From the NCBI RefSeq assembly GCF_004010195.1, contig NC_057718.1, forward strand, positions 28,845,049 through 28,909,048: a DNA stretch of 64,000 bases, given 5' to 3'. Both the position numbers and the translations under genes were made by a program. The DNA is from Chiloscyllium plagiosum (Eukaryota). The notes under the pieces were generated by a model. That model was not told the origin of the DNA and ran no database searches. It saw only the letters and a list, made by a program, of their open reading frames with translations. Numbering within the stretch: position 1 is the stretch's first letter; each line of letters begins with the position of its first letter. Shown here piece after piece: positions 51,769 to 64,000 of the stretch.

Positions 51769-51989
51769 ATGAAGACATGCAAAGCGAATTCACAATTCCA
51801 AGCTTTACAATGGCAACTGGTTACAGACAGAGGAAATACTTCACAAGGACAGCCTCAAAGCCTCCCTGAGAAAGTGTAATATCCCCTTATTTGTGGGGTT
51901 CTCTGACCTAATACTACATAATTGGAGGCAAAGCATTTATCAAAGTGCTAGCTAATGTGAGCATCTCTGACAATTCTAGTGGAAACAAG

Positions 51990-52940
51990 GTCAGCATTTA
52001 TTGCCCTCTCTTACAAATGTGACGATGAGCCTCCTACTTGAACTGCAGTAGCTGTGAGGTGTAGGTGTTGAGGCTTGCAATGCTGCACAAAGTTCCATGA
52101 ATTTGATCTGACAATTAAGAAGGATCAGTGGTACAGCTCCAAGTAACGGGTGAGCTTGCTTGGTGAGAAGCTTGGTAAAGAAGTCTTGGTGAGTTTCTGC
52201 TGTTTTGTGGATGATATATGCTGCAGCCAAGGTTCAACTGTGGCAGACAGGGGGGGGGAGGGGAATGTAGAAGGTGGTGGATGGGACACCAGTCTAGCAG
52301 GTTGCTTTGTCCTGGACAGTGCCAAGCTTCTTAAATGTTGTTGGAGCTGCACCCATCTAGAAAACCTGGGAGTATTCCATCAAACTCCTGATTTGTGCCC
52401 TGTGTAAATTTGAACAGGCCTAAACAGAGTCAACGCAGGAAGGACGCTCCCAATGGCAGGAAAGTCCAGAGCCAGGGTCACAGTCTAAGGTTGATCGTTT
52501 AGGACTGAGATGAGGAGAAATCTTTTCACCCAGAGAGTGGGGAGCCTATGGCATTTGTTACCACTGAAAGCAGTCAAAGCCAAAACATTGTATGATTTCA
52601 AGAAGGAGTTGCACATAGCACTTGGGGCTAAAGTGACCAAAAGATATGTGGGGAATGTGGGAACAGGCTACTGAGTTTAGATGATTAGTCATGATCATAT
52701 TGAATGGAAAGGTAGGTTCAAAGGGCTGTGTGGCCTATTCTTGCTCCTATTTTTTATGTTTCTCTGACACACTTTGAGGAGTCAATGGTGAGTGTGCTCT
52801 AATCGCTGTGTTATTTATATGTATGGCCCAGTTCAGTTTCTAGTCAATGATAACGCACAGAATGGTGGGAGTGGGGTTTCAGCAATGACAAAGTTGTTGA
52901 ATGATAAGGAGAGGTAGTTAGATATTCTCTCGTTGGTCAG
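51990..52940 (-). mobile_element. Zenon-like LINE fragment split by CR1
   Basis: Reverse complement of the 3040-3838 family (ggagtattccatcaaactcctg, cagttcagtttctagtcaatg). Confidence 0.7.
52405..52765 (+). mobile_element. CR1 3' fragment
   Basis: aggactgagatgaggagaaatcttttcacccagagagtgg, similar to 1-419. Confidence 0.85.
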
Positions 52941-53696
52941 TTGAGGCTGTTCTACTGTATTCAAGTATTGGCTTTATGAAGCATAAAGGTGCCTACAGTG
53001 CCCGTTCCTGTTGAGGATGGGCATGATTTGCTATCTGGTGGAGAAGGATTGGATTGAGCCATACTATTGCCTGATATTGAATGGCTTGGAAACACAGTAT
53101 CTGGGCCTACTGAGGTGGTTTTGTAAATTGATAGAAGCTGGACCCAAAATCTGTAACTGATCAAATCTGAAATTCGCTTTTCTCACTTTGCATCGCTGAC
53201 ATTTCCAATTAATAATAAATGTAAAATCAGATCCTCTTGCAACGAAGTTCATAATGAGCATTTGATTTGATTGGGTTTTCTGAAGGGTGGGTGTGAGGGA
53301 GGGGATAACATCACCATTAAAATGATTTGGAAGCAAGTTTGCAACAGATGCATTTTGAAACATGAGCTAGAAGAGAAAATAACTAAATGTGTTTCACTCA
53401 CACACCACAGTCATGTAAACAACCTACACAGGGGCTGCTGTTGTGAGATTAGGCCATCTCATGATATTCATTTTTTCCACAAGGAAATTGAAGTAAAACC
53501 GGAATATATGAAATCAGTTTTACAGAGATGTAAGGGGTAAGAAAGTGGCCAAATAGCCTCTTTCTGTGCCACATCTTTCTATAACTTGATGAATAACAAA
53601 ACTCAATGAAACATGTCCAGTACCACATTCCTGAGTGAAGAGCTTAAAGTGGGGAAAGCCTGTCTTGAGAATGTAAAACCAACACTTTCCTAGATG

Positions 53697-54580
53697 TAGA
53701 GTCGTAAAGTCATATGGCACAAAAACAGACCCCCTCGGTCCATGCTGACTGGACAACCCAATCTGAAGAAGGGCTTATGCCCGAAACGTCGATTCTCCTG
53801 TTCCCTGGATGCTGCCTGACCTGCTGCGCTTTTCCAGCAACACATTTTCAACCCAATCTGACCCAGGCCCATTTGCCAGCACTTGACCCATATCCCTCTA
53901 AACCTTTCCTATTCATGTACTCACCCGGATTCCCTTTTAAATGTTGTAATTCTATGAGGCTCCATCACTTTTTCTGGCAGCTCATTCCATACATGCACCA
54001 TCCTCTGTGTGGAAAAGTTGCACCTCAGGTCCCTTTTAAATCTTTCCCCTCTCACCCTAAAACTATGCCTTCTAGTTTTGGACTCTCCCACCCTAGGAGA
54101 AAGACCTTGTCTATTTATGTTATCCATGCCCCTCATGATTTTCTAAACTTCTGTAAAGTTATCACTCAGCTTCTGATGCTCCAGGGAAAACAGACCCACC
54201 CTTTTCAACTTCTCCCTATTACTCAAATCCTCCGGCCCCCAACATCCTTGTAAGTCTTTTCTGCAGCCTCTCAAGTTTAATAACATCCTTCCTATAAAAG
54301 GGTGAGCAGAATTGTATGCAGTACTCTAAAAGTGGCCTCATCTTGTCCTGTGCAGCCACAACAAGATGTTCCAACTCCTACACTTAATGTTCTGACTAAT
54401 AAAGGTAAGCGTGCCAAATGCCTTCTCCATCATCCTGCCTACCTGCAACTGCATTTTCAAGAACCTTACACCTGCACCAAAAGGTCTCTTTGTGTGGCCA
54501 TACTCAGAGTCCTCCCATTAATCTTGCCCTGGTTGGCCTTACCAAAATGAAATGCCGCACATTAATCTAAACTAAACTTC
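53697..54580 (-). mobile_element. CR1 LINE 3' fragment
   Basis: ORF 53921-54136 reads MRGMDNINRQGL...STQRMVHVWNELP. Confidence 0.9.
53763..53848 (+). mobile_element. Short Penelope terminal-repeat insertion with intact hammerhead core
   Basis: CTGAAGA-A-GGGC-TTAT-GCCC-GAAACGTC at 53763-53790; 13-bp direct repeat caacccaatctga at 53754-53766 and 53849-53861. Confidence 0.9.
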
Positions 54581-54714
54581 AGATAAGTAACTCTTTCTAT
54601 TTTGTGTCTTTGAATCTTGATATCAAAATCAATGTATCAGATAAAGCTCAAAAGTTCTACTTATCTATTGCTCACTCTTCAATCCAAAAAATGGAATCAT
54701 GTTTAATGCAGACA

Positions 54715-55265
54715 GCACTTTATCGTGACTAGGCATGGAAAATGAGAGAGAAGTGATCTAAGATTAGGAGAAATGTTTTCCCTCAGTGAATTGTGAGACC
54801 TTGGGATTCTACCTCAGAAGGTAGTGGAGATGAAATCAATGAATCTTCTTTTAAGATGGAGGTAAATGCATTCTAAAATAAAGGAAAGAAATCAAACAAA
54901 GAACTGCAGATGCTGGAAATCTGAAACAAACACAGAAAACACTTGAGAAACTAACAGGTCTGGCAGCATCTGTGGAGAAAGAAATAAAGTTAATGTTTTG
55001 TGTCACGTGACCAAAGTTCTGACAACGATCACTGGACTTGAAGTATTAACTGTTTCTCTTGCAGTGGATGCTGCCAGACCTACTATGCTTCTCCAGATCT
55101 TTCTGCTTTTGTTGTAATTAGATTCTTATTAGGCAAGGGAATGAAAGACTATCATTGTAACTGAGAATGTGGATTTGAAACACAAACACATCAGCTCTGA
55201 TATTTTGTTGAACAATGAAGTAGGGTCAAGTGGCCAAATGACCGGCTCCTAATTTATACATTTAT
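54715..55265 (+). mobile_element. CR1 3' fragment interrupted by a palindromic Penelope-derived element
   Basis: ttaggagaaatgttttccctcag...; the 3' UTR resumes at ~55115. Confidence 0.7.
54890..55113. mobile_element. Inverted pair of Penelope terminal-repeat fragments (MITE-like hairpin)
   Basis: aggtctggcagcatc versus gatgctgccagacct form inverted arms. Confidence 0.7.
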
Positions 55266-58200
55266 GTGTCATAGGAACAGTGAGATTTGGCATGGATTTC
55301 ACAAGATGGATCCCAAAATACATAATCCAAAATGTCCATTGCAACTAGCCAGTCACACTCCATTGCACTGATGGCTTTGCGTTGGGGAGGTGGAAGCTCC
55401 ATCCCTTGAACAGATCAGAAATTCCTCAGTAAGGTCGGAAGCTGGTGATCCTGATCTCCTGCTGGAATTATGGAGAAAATTGTCACTTGACCCACAGATT
55501 GAAAGCACCATTAGAAATATTTCAAACACACAGAAGGCAGTTCTTTAAGCAGGTTTAACCATCATTGATAGGCCTTTACCTTTCTGGAAACATTGAGGTT
55601 GAACTGATGAAGTGATTATTTTCATAATCTGCAGTGCATTTCAGTAAAGACCTCCTCATTGCAGCCACAACTATAGCTCATCGGAGCACAGAAAGCATTT
55701 CATTTCTACTGGCTGCAGAAATATCTGTGACCATGATGTGTGGCATTCAGGTGTCCATCTCCTGCCAGCCTACAAAGAGTTGTTTGCCAGTCACTACTGT
55801 GTAAGGGAGTCACTGAGACCTTTAGTTCTTTGAGATATACATTTCAATTTCTCTTAGCTGCACAATGGAGTTGGACTCAGTACACAGCTTGACTTGGGTT
55901 TCAGGCTTCTTCATTCTGCAGGATATCACTGGTTGCTTGGATATTGCATTGTGGACTCTACACGTATTCTCTAACCTACACTATCCTCAATACTACAAAG
56001 ATTTAGCCCTCTTTATTATCCAGTTGGTGTATGACTGCAGCAAAGAATGCTTGGCATCTCCTGGCAGCAGGCATGATATCCCTAATCTGCGGCAGTCTGT
56101 TGTGCTATCCGAATTTGAGACCTAACGGTGAATATACTGGACAATAAAGGTTTTCTAACAATGTCAAAGTTAATGATACTGATGTGTAGCCCTCACAATG
56201 TCATATGGTTCATAAACAACAAAAACCATTCTGCCATGCCAGTGGTGTTAGAATATTGGAGTGCTGTAGCAATGATTGTACCCAGCAGAATCGGTGTCGA
56301 GACTAGTCGTGGTCTGCTGCATTGATCTGGACAGCATGAGGGGACAGCTGTTGCCATCATCTACAGCAAGCAGCTGAAGAGCAGGGGAATGAGGTAAAGC
56401 AGGAGGTGGAGGAAAAGATGAGGCAACCTGGACAGTTTTGTCTGCCTGGACTCTCCACGAATAACTCATCCGAGTGTGATACCAGTAACCACATCACCAA
56501 TTCTCCACTCACCAACAATCCGAAAACATCCTTTTCCTTCATCACTGACCATCACTGCATTTGCTTGGCCACACTGCAAACATGAAATTAAAATCCACCA
56601 AATTTATACATTAGATAATTTCATATTCCACACTAATCATTTTCGTGCATTCCCTTGTTGCCTATTTTTAGTGTGTCTTTATTATTTCTGCACAGCAGCT
56701 GCAGCATGCCTTGTGGAAGGTGACTGACATTCAGTCAGAAAAGATTGCAAATGGTCTTCCAGGATGTCCTTGAGCTGATCTTCTTCTGGATGGTCCAGCT
56801 TTAGACTGCACCACCGTCACAGCAAGAGAGGCAGTAACCTGGGCTGTGTGGCTGACCCGCACTGCTGCTTGCGATGGATAATGCTACCAGTCTGAGCAAG
56901 GTTTGTTCTCAGTGGAGTCACTGTCACTGTCATGTTCCTCAGCAATTGCCATAATGTGGTGAATATCAGTCATGTGATACTCTTGGGTCAAATGCTATAG
57001 TTTGAGAGCTGCTCATGAAGCATATATCATAAAGATTTGGGTTCTTGTTGAGACAGGAGCCTTTAAGTTTAATAACAAAAACAATCGCTATGTATTGCTG
57101 TAAAAGCACAGACTGACAAAAGATCTGGGTATGTGTTCACTGATGTTATTATACATTACAGACATATAACTGACTGACAGAACACCACATTTTGTATTGT
57201 ATTGTATGAAAGAGGGAACTGAAGTTGGGACAGGTACCTTTATACTGGAAATGTCCTGATATAACTGCCTTAAAGTCTGTCTGCTCTGGAAATCACACAA
57301 TGACAAAACAGCCAGTGTGCTGGATTGTTGCGACACACTGCAAGCCATAGCATGGAAATGCATAGTTGCAAAATACAAGTGATTTCTTCTCTTGTACTGG
57401 CTGTGAGGTGTTCACTAGATATCAGCCGGATCACAGGCCCTGAGTCAGATATTTAGATGTGAACATTGCCAACTTAAACAGAAAAAACAGTAAAATTTAT
57501 GAAAGTCTAACTCATTTCCTATATTTCAAAATCAAGCCCTAGCAGAACCAAAGCACTCGTTTCCAAATATTACTGGCATTTTATTGTTTTTTTCCCCTCT
57601 GGAATGGAAGCCACCAACCATTTAAATGCCTCAATTTCCAATCAAAGTGCTTTCGAGAAGTCAGTCATATCAAGGTGGTGTGCAGGATTAGAAGATACAG
57701 TGATTCTCCAAGCGAGGTTAAAGCATCAGGTCAAGGTCGTGGTAGATCTAGAACGAGTTCTGAAGTCTAGGAATCCTCAAATTCACCTATGACAAATATA
57801 AAAGCAAAAATTGACATTATCAAGCATCAAAATCAAGAGTTGTACTCAATCAGAAAATAAGATAATTAGCATATGGAAGATGAGAGCAATAAGGCTAAAC
57901 GTAAAATTCCAGTGCCAACAGAAGTCAAAGAATCACAACTTAACTTTATAATGATTCAGCTATGTTGGGATTTGAACATGCATCTTCAGAATATTAGCCG
58001 CCAGTTTTGGATTACTAGTGGAATGATATTACCTCCATGGCACAACCTTTGCCATAGCATGCGTAAGGTGATAAACTAGACAATCATCTCCATGTTTCCC
58101 TTTGACGTAGGCTAGAAAATAATCTATTTTCTTACAGAACAGCCTCACAGGTTACAGTAAGGTTGCTCTACTCCTAAATTAGTGTTCAAACACACTCTTA

Positions 58201-58357
58201 GGACATCATTCACAAAGAAAAAGAAAAGCATGACAAAGCGATGATGATATATGAGGCATGAAACCTAGCGAGTTCAGTGCTAGCCAGAAGGTCATGGTGA
58301 AAAACCTCCAAGGTGATAAGGAAAAATATGTCTATAAAGTAAAACAAACTACTTCTA

Positions 58358-58463
58358 GTTCTGATCAAGGGTCACTGAATCTGAAACATTGATTCTGCTT
58401 TCTCTTCACAGATACAGCCAGACCAGCTGATGTCTCTCCAACGTTTTCGATTTTTGTTTCAGA
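58358..58463 (+). mobile_element. Penelope terminal-repeat fragment (third family)
   Basis: ttctgatcaagggtcactgaatctgaaac...ttttgtttcaga. Confidence 0.65.
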
Positions 58464-60114
58464 CTAAGTATGTGATTGGGATTGTTGTGAAAGTATTCAG
58501 ATATCTTGCAAAGGATCAGAGAGGGAAGTTTTCGCTGTTGCTTAAATCATTTCCTTGAAAGAGGAAATATGACAAAGAGAGAGGTGGGAAAGACTCCTAC
58601 AATTTAAATTCCTCCTTCAGCCCAAAGCGTAAGTCAGAGGGAAAGTGAAAGCCAAAGAAAAGCTGAATGATTAAAGGAATATGGAACAAACAGTAGAGTA
58701 AAATGATTCAGAGTTTTAAAGACAAATCTGTCAGTGACACAGTTCCAACCATCAAGTAGAGTTCATAGTCAAAGTCAGAATTAGATTTGACACAAAGATG
58801 TTGAAACAGTGGAGTCAAATTAAAGTAAATGCTAAGAACTATCCAGACAGAAGGAAAAAGATTTACTGAATGTATGTAGGAAAAAGAAGTCTTTTTTTTC
58901 ATTATTTCTTGTCAAATGATCATATTTTTGCTGAAGACATACTGGTATGAAGGAGGTTCAATTCTTTTGGAATGCAGCTTACTCTAGCAGGTTTGGTCAT
59001 ATATGTTTAATTGTGATAACAGAAAAAACAAATATGCAACCCAACTGGTTAAATATTTAGGTATTGCCGATATTGGTTTACTCATACTGTATCTGGGAAA
59101 TTATATATTTTCCTGTATAGGTTTGTTTAAACAGTTGGAAAGGAGTGGTGGGAAGAGCTGCTGTTGCTGCTGCTCCTTCTGGTCTGCTGAAGAGATGTAA
59201 ATAAAATTACATAAGTAAATCAAAACTGAACGTTTGTTAGTCTGAGTATGATACATCACAGGCAGCTTCTTTCTAGAGCCAAGTTTAGGGGTAGGTCACT
59301 ATCATTCAAATGCTAGTAGCTTCAAAAAATAGCCAACAGTAGGAACTTTTATTTTGTTAATCAGCTGCTTGTACCTCACTGGAGTGTTCGGTGGATATGT
59401 CTTACAACCCTCAACTGGGAAAATGTCACAGGCCATGAACTATATTGAGAAGGAATGTCTTCTGAAGCTGGTTCCCCTGCCTCCCAGTTTGCACCCAAAT
59501 GCTGGAAACGTTCTGCCCATTCTGTTTGTCTTACCCACACAGAGGAATGAGGCTTCACTGCCTGTGTCTGACATTAATGGGGTAGTGATGGGTTCAGAAT
59601 TGTGTCAATAAGCTTACTGGACAGTGGTGGCATGGTCAATGCGATTTTAAAGGGACCCTAGCCCCATGCATCCAAAAATGATGCCTTTGCAAGGAAAATG
59701 GGGTGCTCCAACATAAATAAGACCATTTCTGGTTGGACTTCAATGGAGCCTGTACAGTGTGCAATCTGATTTCTTCCACAAGGATAGGAAGAGAAAAGAT
59801 GCTGCAAAGATACAGATATTGGCAGACTTCAAAGGGGAACGGTACACCTTTGGGGCCCTCAAAAATAATCGAGACAATCCTGGGATTTTGGGCATCACAC
59901 CCACCTCCTCCAAATCTGTTATTTCATTTCCCGGTAGTATCTCCAGTAAATGTTCTTTATCTACCTGAAACTCACTTAGTGATTGTAAACAAGGCTCTTC
60001 ACTTGCTGTGTAGGTGTTTGTCCAGTTCACCCCATCAATCAGCTGTTGAAAGATCAGAACAAGCCTCCGCTACAGTTATGACCAAATGGAAACCGAGTAA
60101 TACGATAAAGTGGA

Positions 60115-61190
60115 AAACATAAAAAAAGGTGCTGGAGTAGGCCATTCGGTCCTTCAACATGATCATGGCGGGTCATGCAATTTCATTATCCCACTCCCGC
60201 TTTCTCTCCATCCCCCTTAATCCCTTTAGCCGCAGGGGCCACATCCAGCTCCCTCTTGAATATATCTAACACTCCAACGGCTTCCTGTGGGAGAGAATTC
60301 CACAGGTGCACAACTTGCCGACTGAAGAAATTCTTCCTCATCTCAGTCCTGAATTGTTTACCCCTTATTCTTAACTGTGACCCCTGGTTCTAGAATTCCC
60401 CAACATCAGGAATATTCTTCCCTCTTCTAGCCTATCCCATCCCATTAGGATTTTATATGTTTCTGTGAGATCGCCCCTCATAATTCTAAATTCCAGTGAG
60501 TACAAGCCCAGTCAATCTAGTCTTTCTTCATATGTCAATCCTGCCATCCTGGGAATTAGTCTAGTGAACCTTTGTTGGATTCCCTCAATAGGAGGAATGT
60601 CCTTCCTCAGATTGGGAGAGCAAAACTGTACATTATACTCCAAGTGTAGCCTCACCAAGGCCTATGTAACTGCAGGAAGACATCCCTACTCCTCTTCTCA
60701 AACCCTCTCGCTATGAAGGCCAGCATGCCATTAGCTTTCCTCATCGCCTGCTGCACCTGCATTACCAATCTTCAGCGACTGTTCCACCATGACGCCCAGG
60801 TCTCACTGCACCTCACCTTTTCCTAAATTGCCACCATTCAGATCATAACCTGTTTATTTGCTACCACAGTGGATGACCTCACATTTATCCAAATGACATT
60901 GCATTTGTCAAGTATTTGCCCATTGAGCCAGCCTGTCCAAGTCACCCTGCCGCCTCTTAGCACCCTCCTCTCAGCACACACTGCCACCCAGCTTAGTGTT
61001 GTCTGCAAATTTGGAAATATTGCATTCAATTCCATTGTCCAAATCATTATATATTCTCAACACTTGGGTCCCAGCACTGAACTGTGTGGTACCCCACTCG
61101 TCACTGACTGCCACTCTGAAAAGGACCCTTTTAATTCCAACTTTCTGCTACCTGTCTGTCTACCAGTTCTCTCTCCACGTCAATATATTA
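60115..61190 (-). mobile_element. CR1 LINE RT/3' fragment
   Basis: Reverse complements of KFADNTKLGG (ttagtgttgtctgcaaattt) and LEFRIMRGDL. Confidence 0.92.
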
Positions 61191-61723
61191 CCTGCATTAC
61201 CATGAGGAAGAGGGAAACTCCAGCCACATCACTTGTTATTTGAACTTATACTCTAGTGGTTTGTTACGGTAAGGAATGGCTTGGAGGTTATTATTTACAT
61301 ATGGGAACATTAAAACATTCACAGACAATAAATTGCCAAAATGTGTTCTGTAAGCAAACACATCATGGCAATTAATTAGTGTCAACAGCCATGTAATTAA
61401 TTACCAATTAATATGATGTGGGCTCAGGGAAGAATGTTGGCCGGAAATCATGCAGAACTCTTCTTTGAATATTATCTGGGATGGGAAACAACCTTGTGGC
61501 TTTGAGTTAAAATTTCATCCAATGGATATTCCATTTGACAATCCAGAGCACCTTCAGTCCTGCAGTGAAATATCAGCTGCTCTCCTAGCCAAGAAAAGCC
61601 GTACACTGAGATCCCACAAATGGTAAAAAAGGGAGAAAATATTCTTTTAAAACTGCAAAACATTTGAATAATTTCTTTCTCAATTATCACTTCACAGAAG
61701 CATTGTCATGAGGGTATTGTCTG

Positions 61724-61837
61724 GAAAAGCACAGCAGGTCAGACAGCAAGACAATTGATGTTTTGGGCATAAGTCCTTTATCAGGACCACCCTCTTGATT
61801 CTGATCTCCAGCATCTGCAGTCCCTCACTTTCTCCTC
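61724..61837. mobile_element. Short Penelope terminal-repeat insertion with internal inversion
   Basis: 17-bp TSD catgagggtatt(g/a)tctg at 61707-61723 and 61838-61854. The first half is minus-oriented and the second half plus-oriented. Confidence 0.85.
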
Positions 61838-63789
61838 CATGAGGGTATTATCTGTCAGCATTTGATTTGTAAACCAAACCATCAGTTTCTCTTCCATTAG
61901 TTGGAATATCAGGTTGATATTTCATTAGTAGTCACATTTCCTTCATTGTCAAAATATCATTAATAGCACTAATTTATTTTATTGATAACGTCCCTTTCAC
62001 CAATGTGCTGATTGAAGCCTTAGTTGACAATTTGTCAATATTATTTTCCAATGTCCTGGTTTCTCACTTGGAGCTATTTTTTTATAAGTGCTGAGAAATT
62101 TTAATAAAATGTTTTAGTGTTATATGGTTTTGTAATATTCCAATCTTTTGGTACGATAACATTATGAAGCAATGTTTGGCCCAATTTTCCTGAGTATCAC
62201 TCAGTTCCTTGTATGGCTGCAAGAATCAGAAAAAAGAGGTGGAGACCTGCAGGTAAAAGGTCTATGGACATCTGCTTAAAATTTTCAGAGGTGCCTGGAA
62301 AACATGTTACTATGACCTACCCTGGATGCCCTCTGACCCCTGTGGGGCTTTGAAAGTGCTAGGGTAAATGGAACTATGAAGGTAGATCCTAATGCTTGCA
62401 GCCTAACATGCCACAGACAGCAATTACTAGCTCCTCTTGGTTCTCCTGCTGGGGTTAGATCCAATCAGGATCCAATGCAGAAGTTCCTTTATCCTTTGAA
62501 GCTCTGCTCTTATCTAGCACCAATGCAGGTAGCAAAGGGTAAGTGAGGGAGTAATGGATAAAAAATAGCTTCATACATGACAAGAATTAGAACACCTGTT
62601 TAGGTTTTAAAGTGTTATGATAATGGTTATTCATAGTAGCTGCTCGCAGCTGTTTTCTGTGTGTTTTTATCTCTTTTTACACTGTTTATTGAATGTTAAC
62701 AGAAGTTATCAGCCATTTTACTATTGAATCTTAAACTTTCTCCTTCCACTTACAATTGATCAAACTCTAGTTCCCGTTTATAGCCAGTCTTTTCCAGGTG
62801 TTGACACCTAGTTGGATTTCCATGGCATTCCCTTTGATGAATCTTTTTCCCACTATTTCCTCATAAGACCCACTGCATTGTATTTCTCAGAGGGCTCTGA
62901 GAAGCACAGTTATTACCCTTGCATTGGTGATGCATGGCAGAGCCAGGAATAGATCAAGGTTCAAATAACAGATGGTGACTGGACTGTATCCCAGACACCA
63001 ACAGCATATTCATTTCCATGTAAACACCTCATCTCTGATTTCCTGTCAAATTACACAACAGCACTGAATACCATTAATGCACCAATACATTACAATACTG
63101 TCTCCAGGGAACTGCACTAAACTTTCCTAAAGTATCTCTTAATACCAAAAACATTCAGCCCTTATCTACTAAGCCCATCAAATGAACCCCAGAAAAATAG
63201 TCTGGACATTCTTATGTTCTCCATTGTAGTGCCTACATGAAGCCAAGACAGCAACTTGGTGAGCAGTGAGGTAGACTATGACTGGAGGATGATGCTAATT
63301 CTCAGTATAGGATCCTGCACTCTCCCTACTTCTTGGGATCATTTTACAGGCAATGATGTCCAAAAGTAGGCAAGGATTTGTAAATTCTAGGCTATCCTCC
63401 AAGAATTTATATTCCCTATTGATATGAGTTGATTTGTTTTGGAATTAAAAAAGATTCTTGAGGTGTAGCAAGTGTTAAGTATACACACAGTAATAGACAT
63501 CCACCCAATCGAGAGTTCACCATGTGGCAGCGAATGTACATGCACCAAAGCCCAAGTTGTCTTAGAATGACTTGCTATGTTAATAATTTAAACACAAGTG
63601 TGAGAGCTAAATTTAATCTTCTGTCAATGCCAAGGTATAGTATGGCGATGCATGATAAACATTTAAAGGTTTACTTTCCATTGGAACATGAATTTCCAGG
63701 TTTTTCTTTACAAAGGGCCTTTTGTTTGGAAGAAAGTTTATTTTTCTACAATAAACAGTTAGGGCAACGAGAGTGGAAGAATTAAAACA

Positions 63790-64000
63790 GAGTTGAGGAG
63801 GAATTAATTCTCTCAAAAGGCCATTTATCTATGGAATTGAAAACCCCAGAATATGGGTGGACTCCAGGAACCTGAATAAATTTATGAAGGAGATAAAGAG
63901 ATTTTTAATTAGTAATGCGTTAAAGGGTTATGGAGAGCAGGCAAGAAAGTGGAGTTAGGCAGAGATGAGATCAGCCATGATTGTATTATATGGTGAAGCA
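63790..64000 (+). mobile_element. CR1 3' fragment (runs off the window)
   Basis: gagttgaggaggaattaattctctca...aagggttatggagagcaggc...atcagccatgat. Confidence 0.8.

Larger units (their letters stand above)
49725..51985. mobile_element. RTE (BovB-like) LINE relic with inversion, interrupted by HE1 and Penelope
   Basis: Minus 49725-50035 reads GVELRYRT..LLNL and SEPELQTIIDALTKANERM. Plus 50200-50257 reads QWVGHIV and 51780-51985 reads DSLKASLRKCNIP. Confidence 0.75.

Noticed and set aside
55270..57060. Possible decayed PIF/Harbinger transposon
   Set aside because: Only faint peptide resemblance; I could not support it without an HMM search.

Overview
Repeat-dominated vertebrate genomic DNA, very probably from a shark or other elasmobranch. 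It carries many HE1-type tRNA-SINEs, CR1/HER1 LINE 3' fragments, Deu-domain SINEs, and Penelope-like, Tx1, RTE and L2 relics. There is a 500-N assembly gap at 1006-1505. The only host gene I recognise is one minus-strand coding exon of STPG4 (C2orf61) at about 523-777. I could not find its upstream exons. A few unassigned splice-bounded exon candidates (6068-6139 +, 13846-14299 -, 19876-19966 -, 36267-36368 -) and a decayed C2H2 zinc-finger fragment (20020-20223 -) are also present. The most interesting signal is a set of Penelope terminal-repeat copies carrying minimal type-I hammerhead ribozyme motifs (CUGANGA-A-stem II-GAAACGUC) with a variable loop and a compensatory stem II pair. Several are stand-alone 85-130 bp insertions with 11-17 bp target-site duplications. 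One (25024-26065) has a 207-bp near-perfect inverted repeat enclosing about 345 bp of foreign DNA. A probable decayed LTR retroelement lies at about 28800-31620. Repeat family names come from recalled consensus motifs rather than a database search, and most repeat boundaries are approximate.
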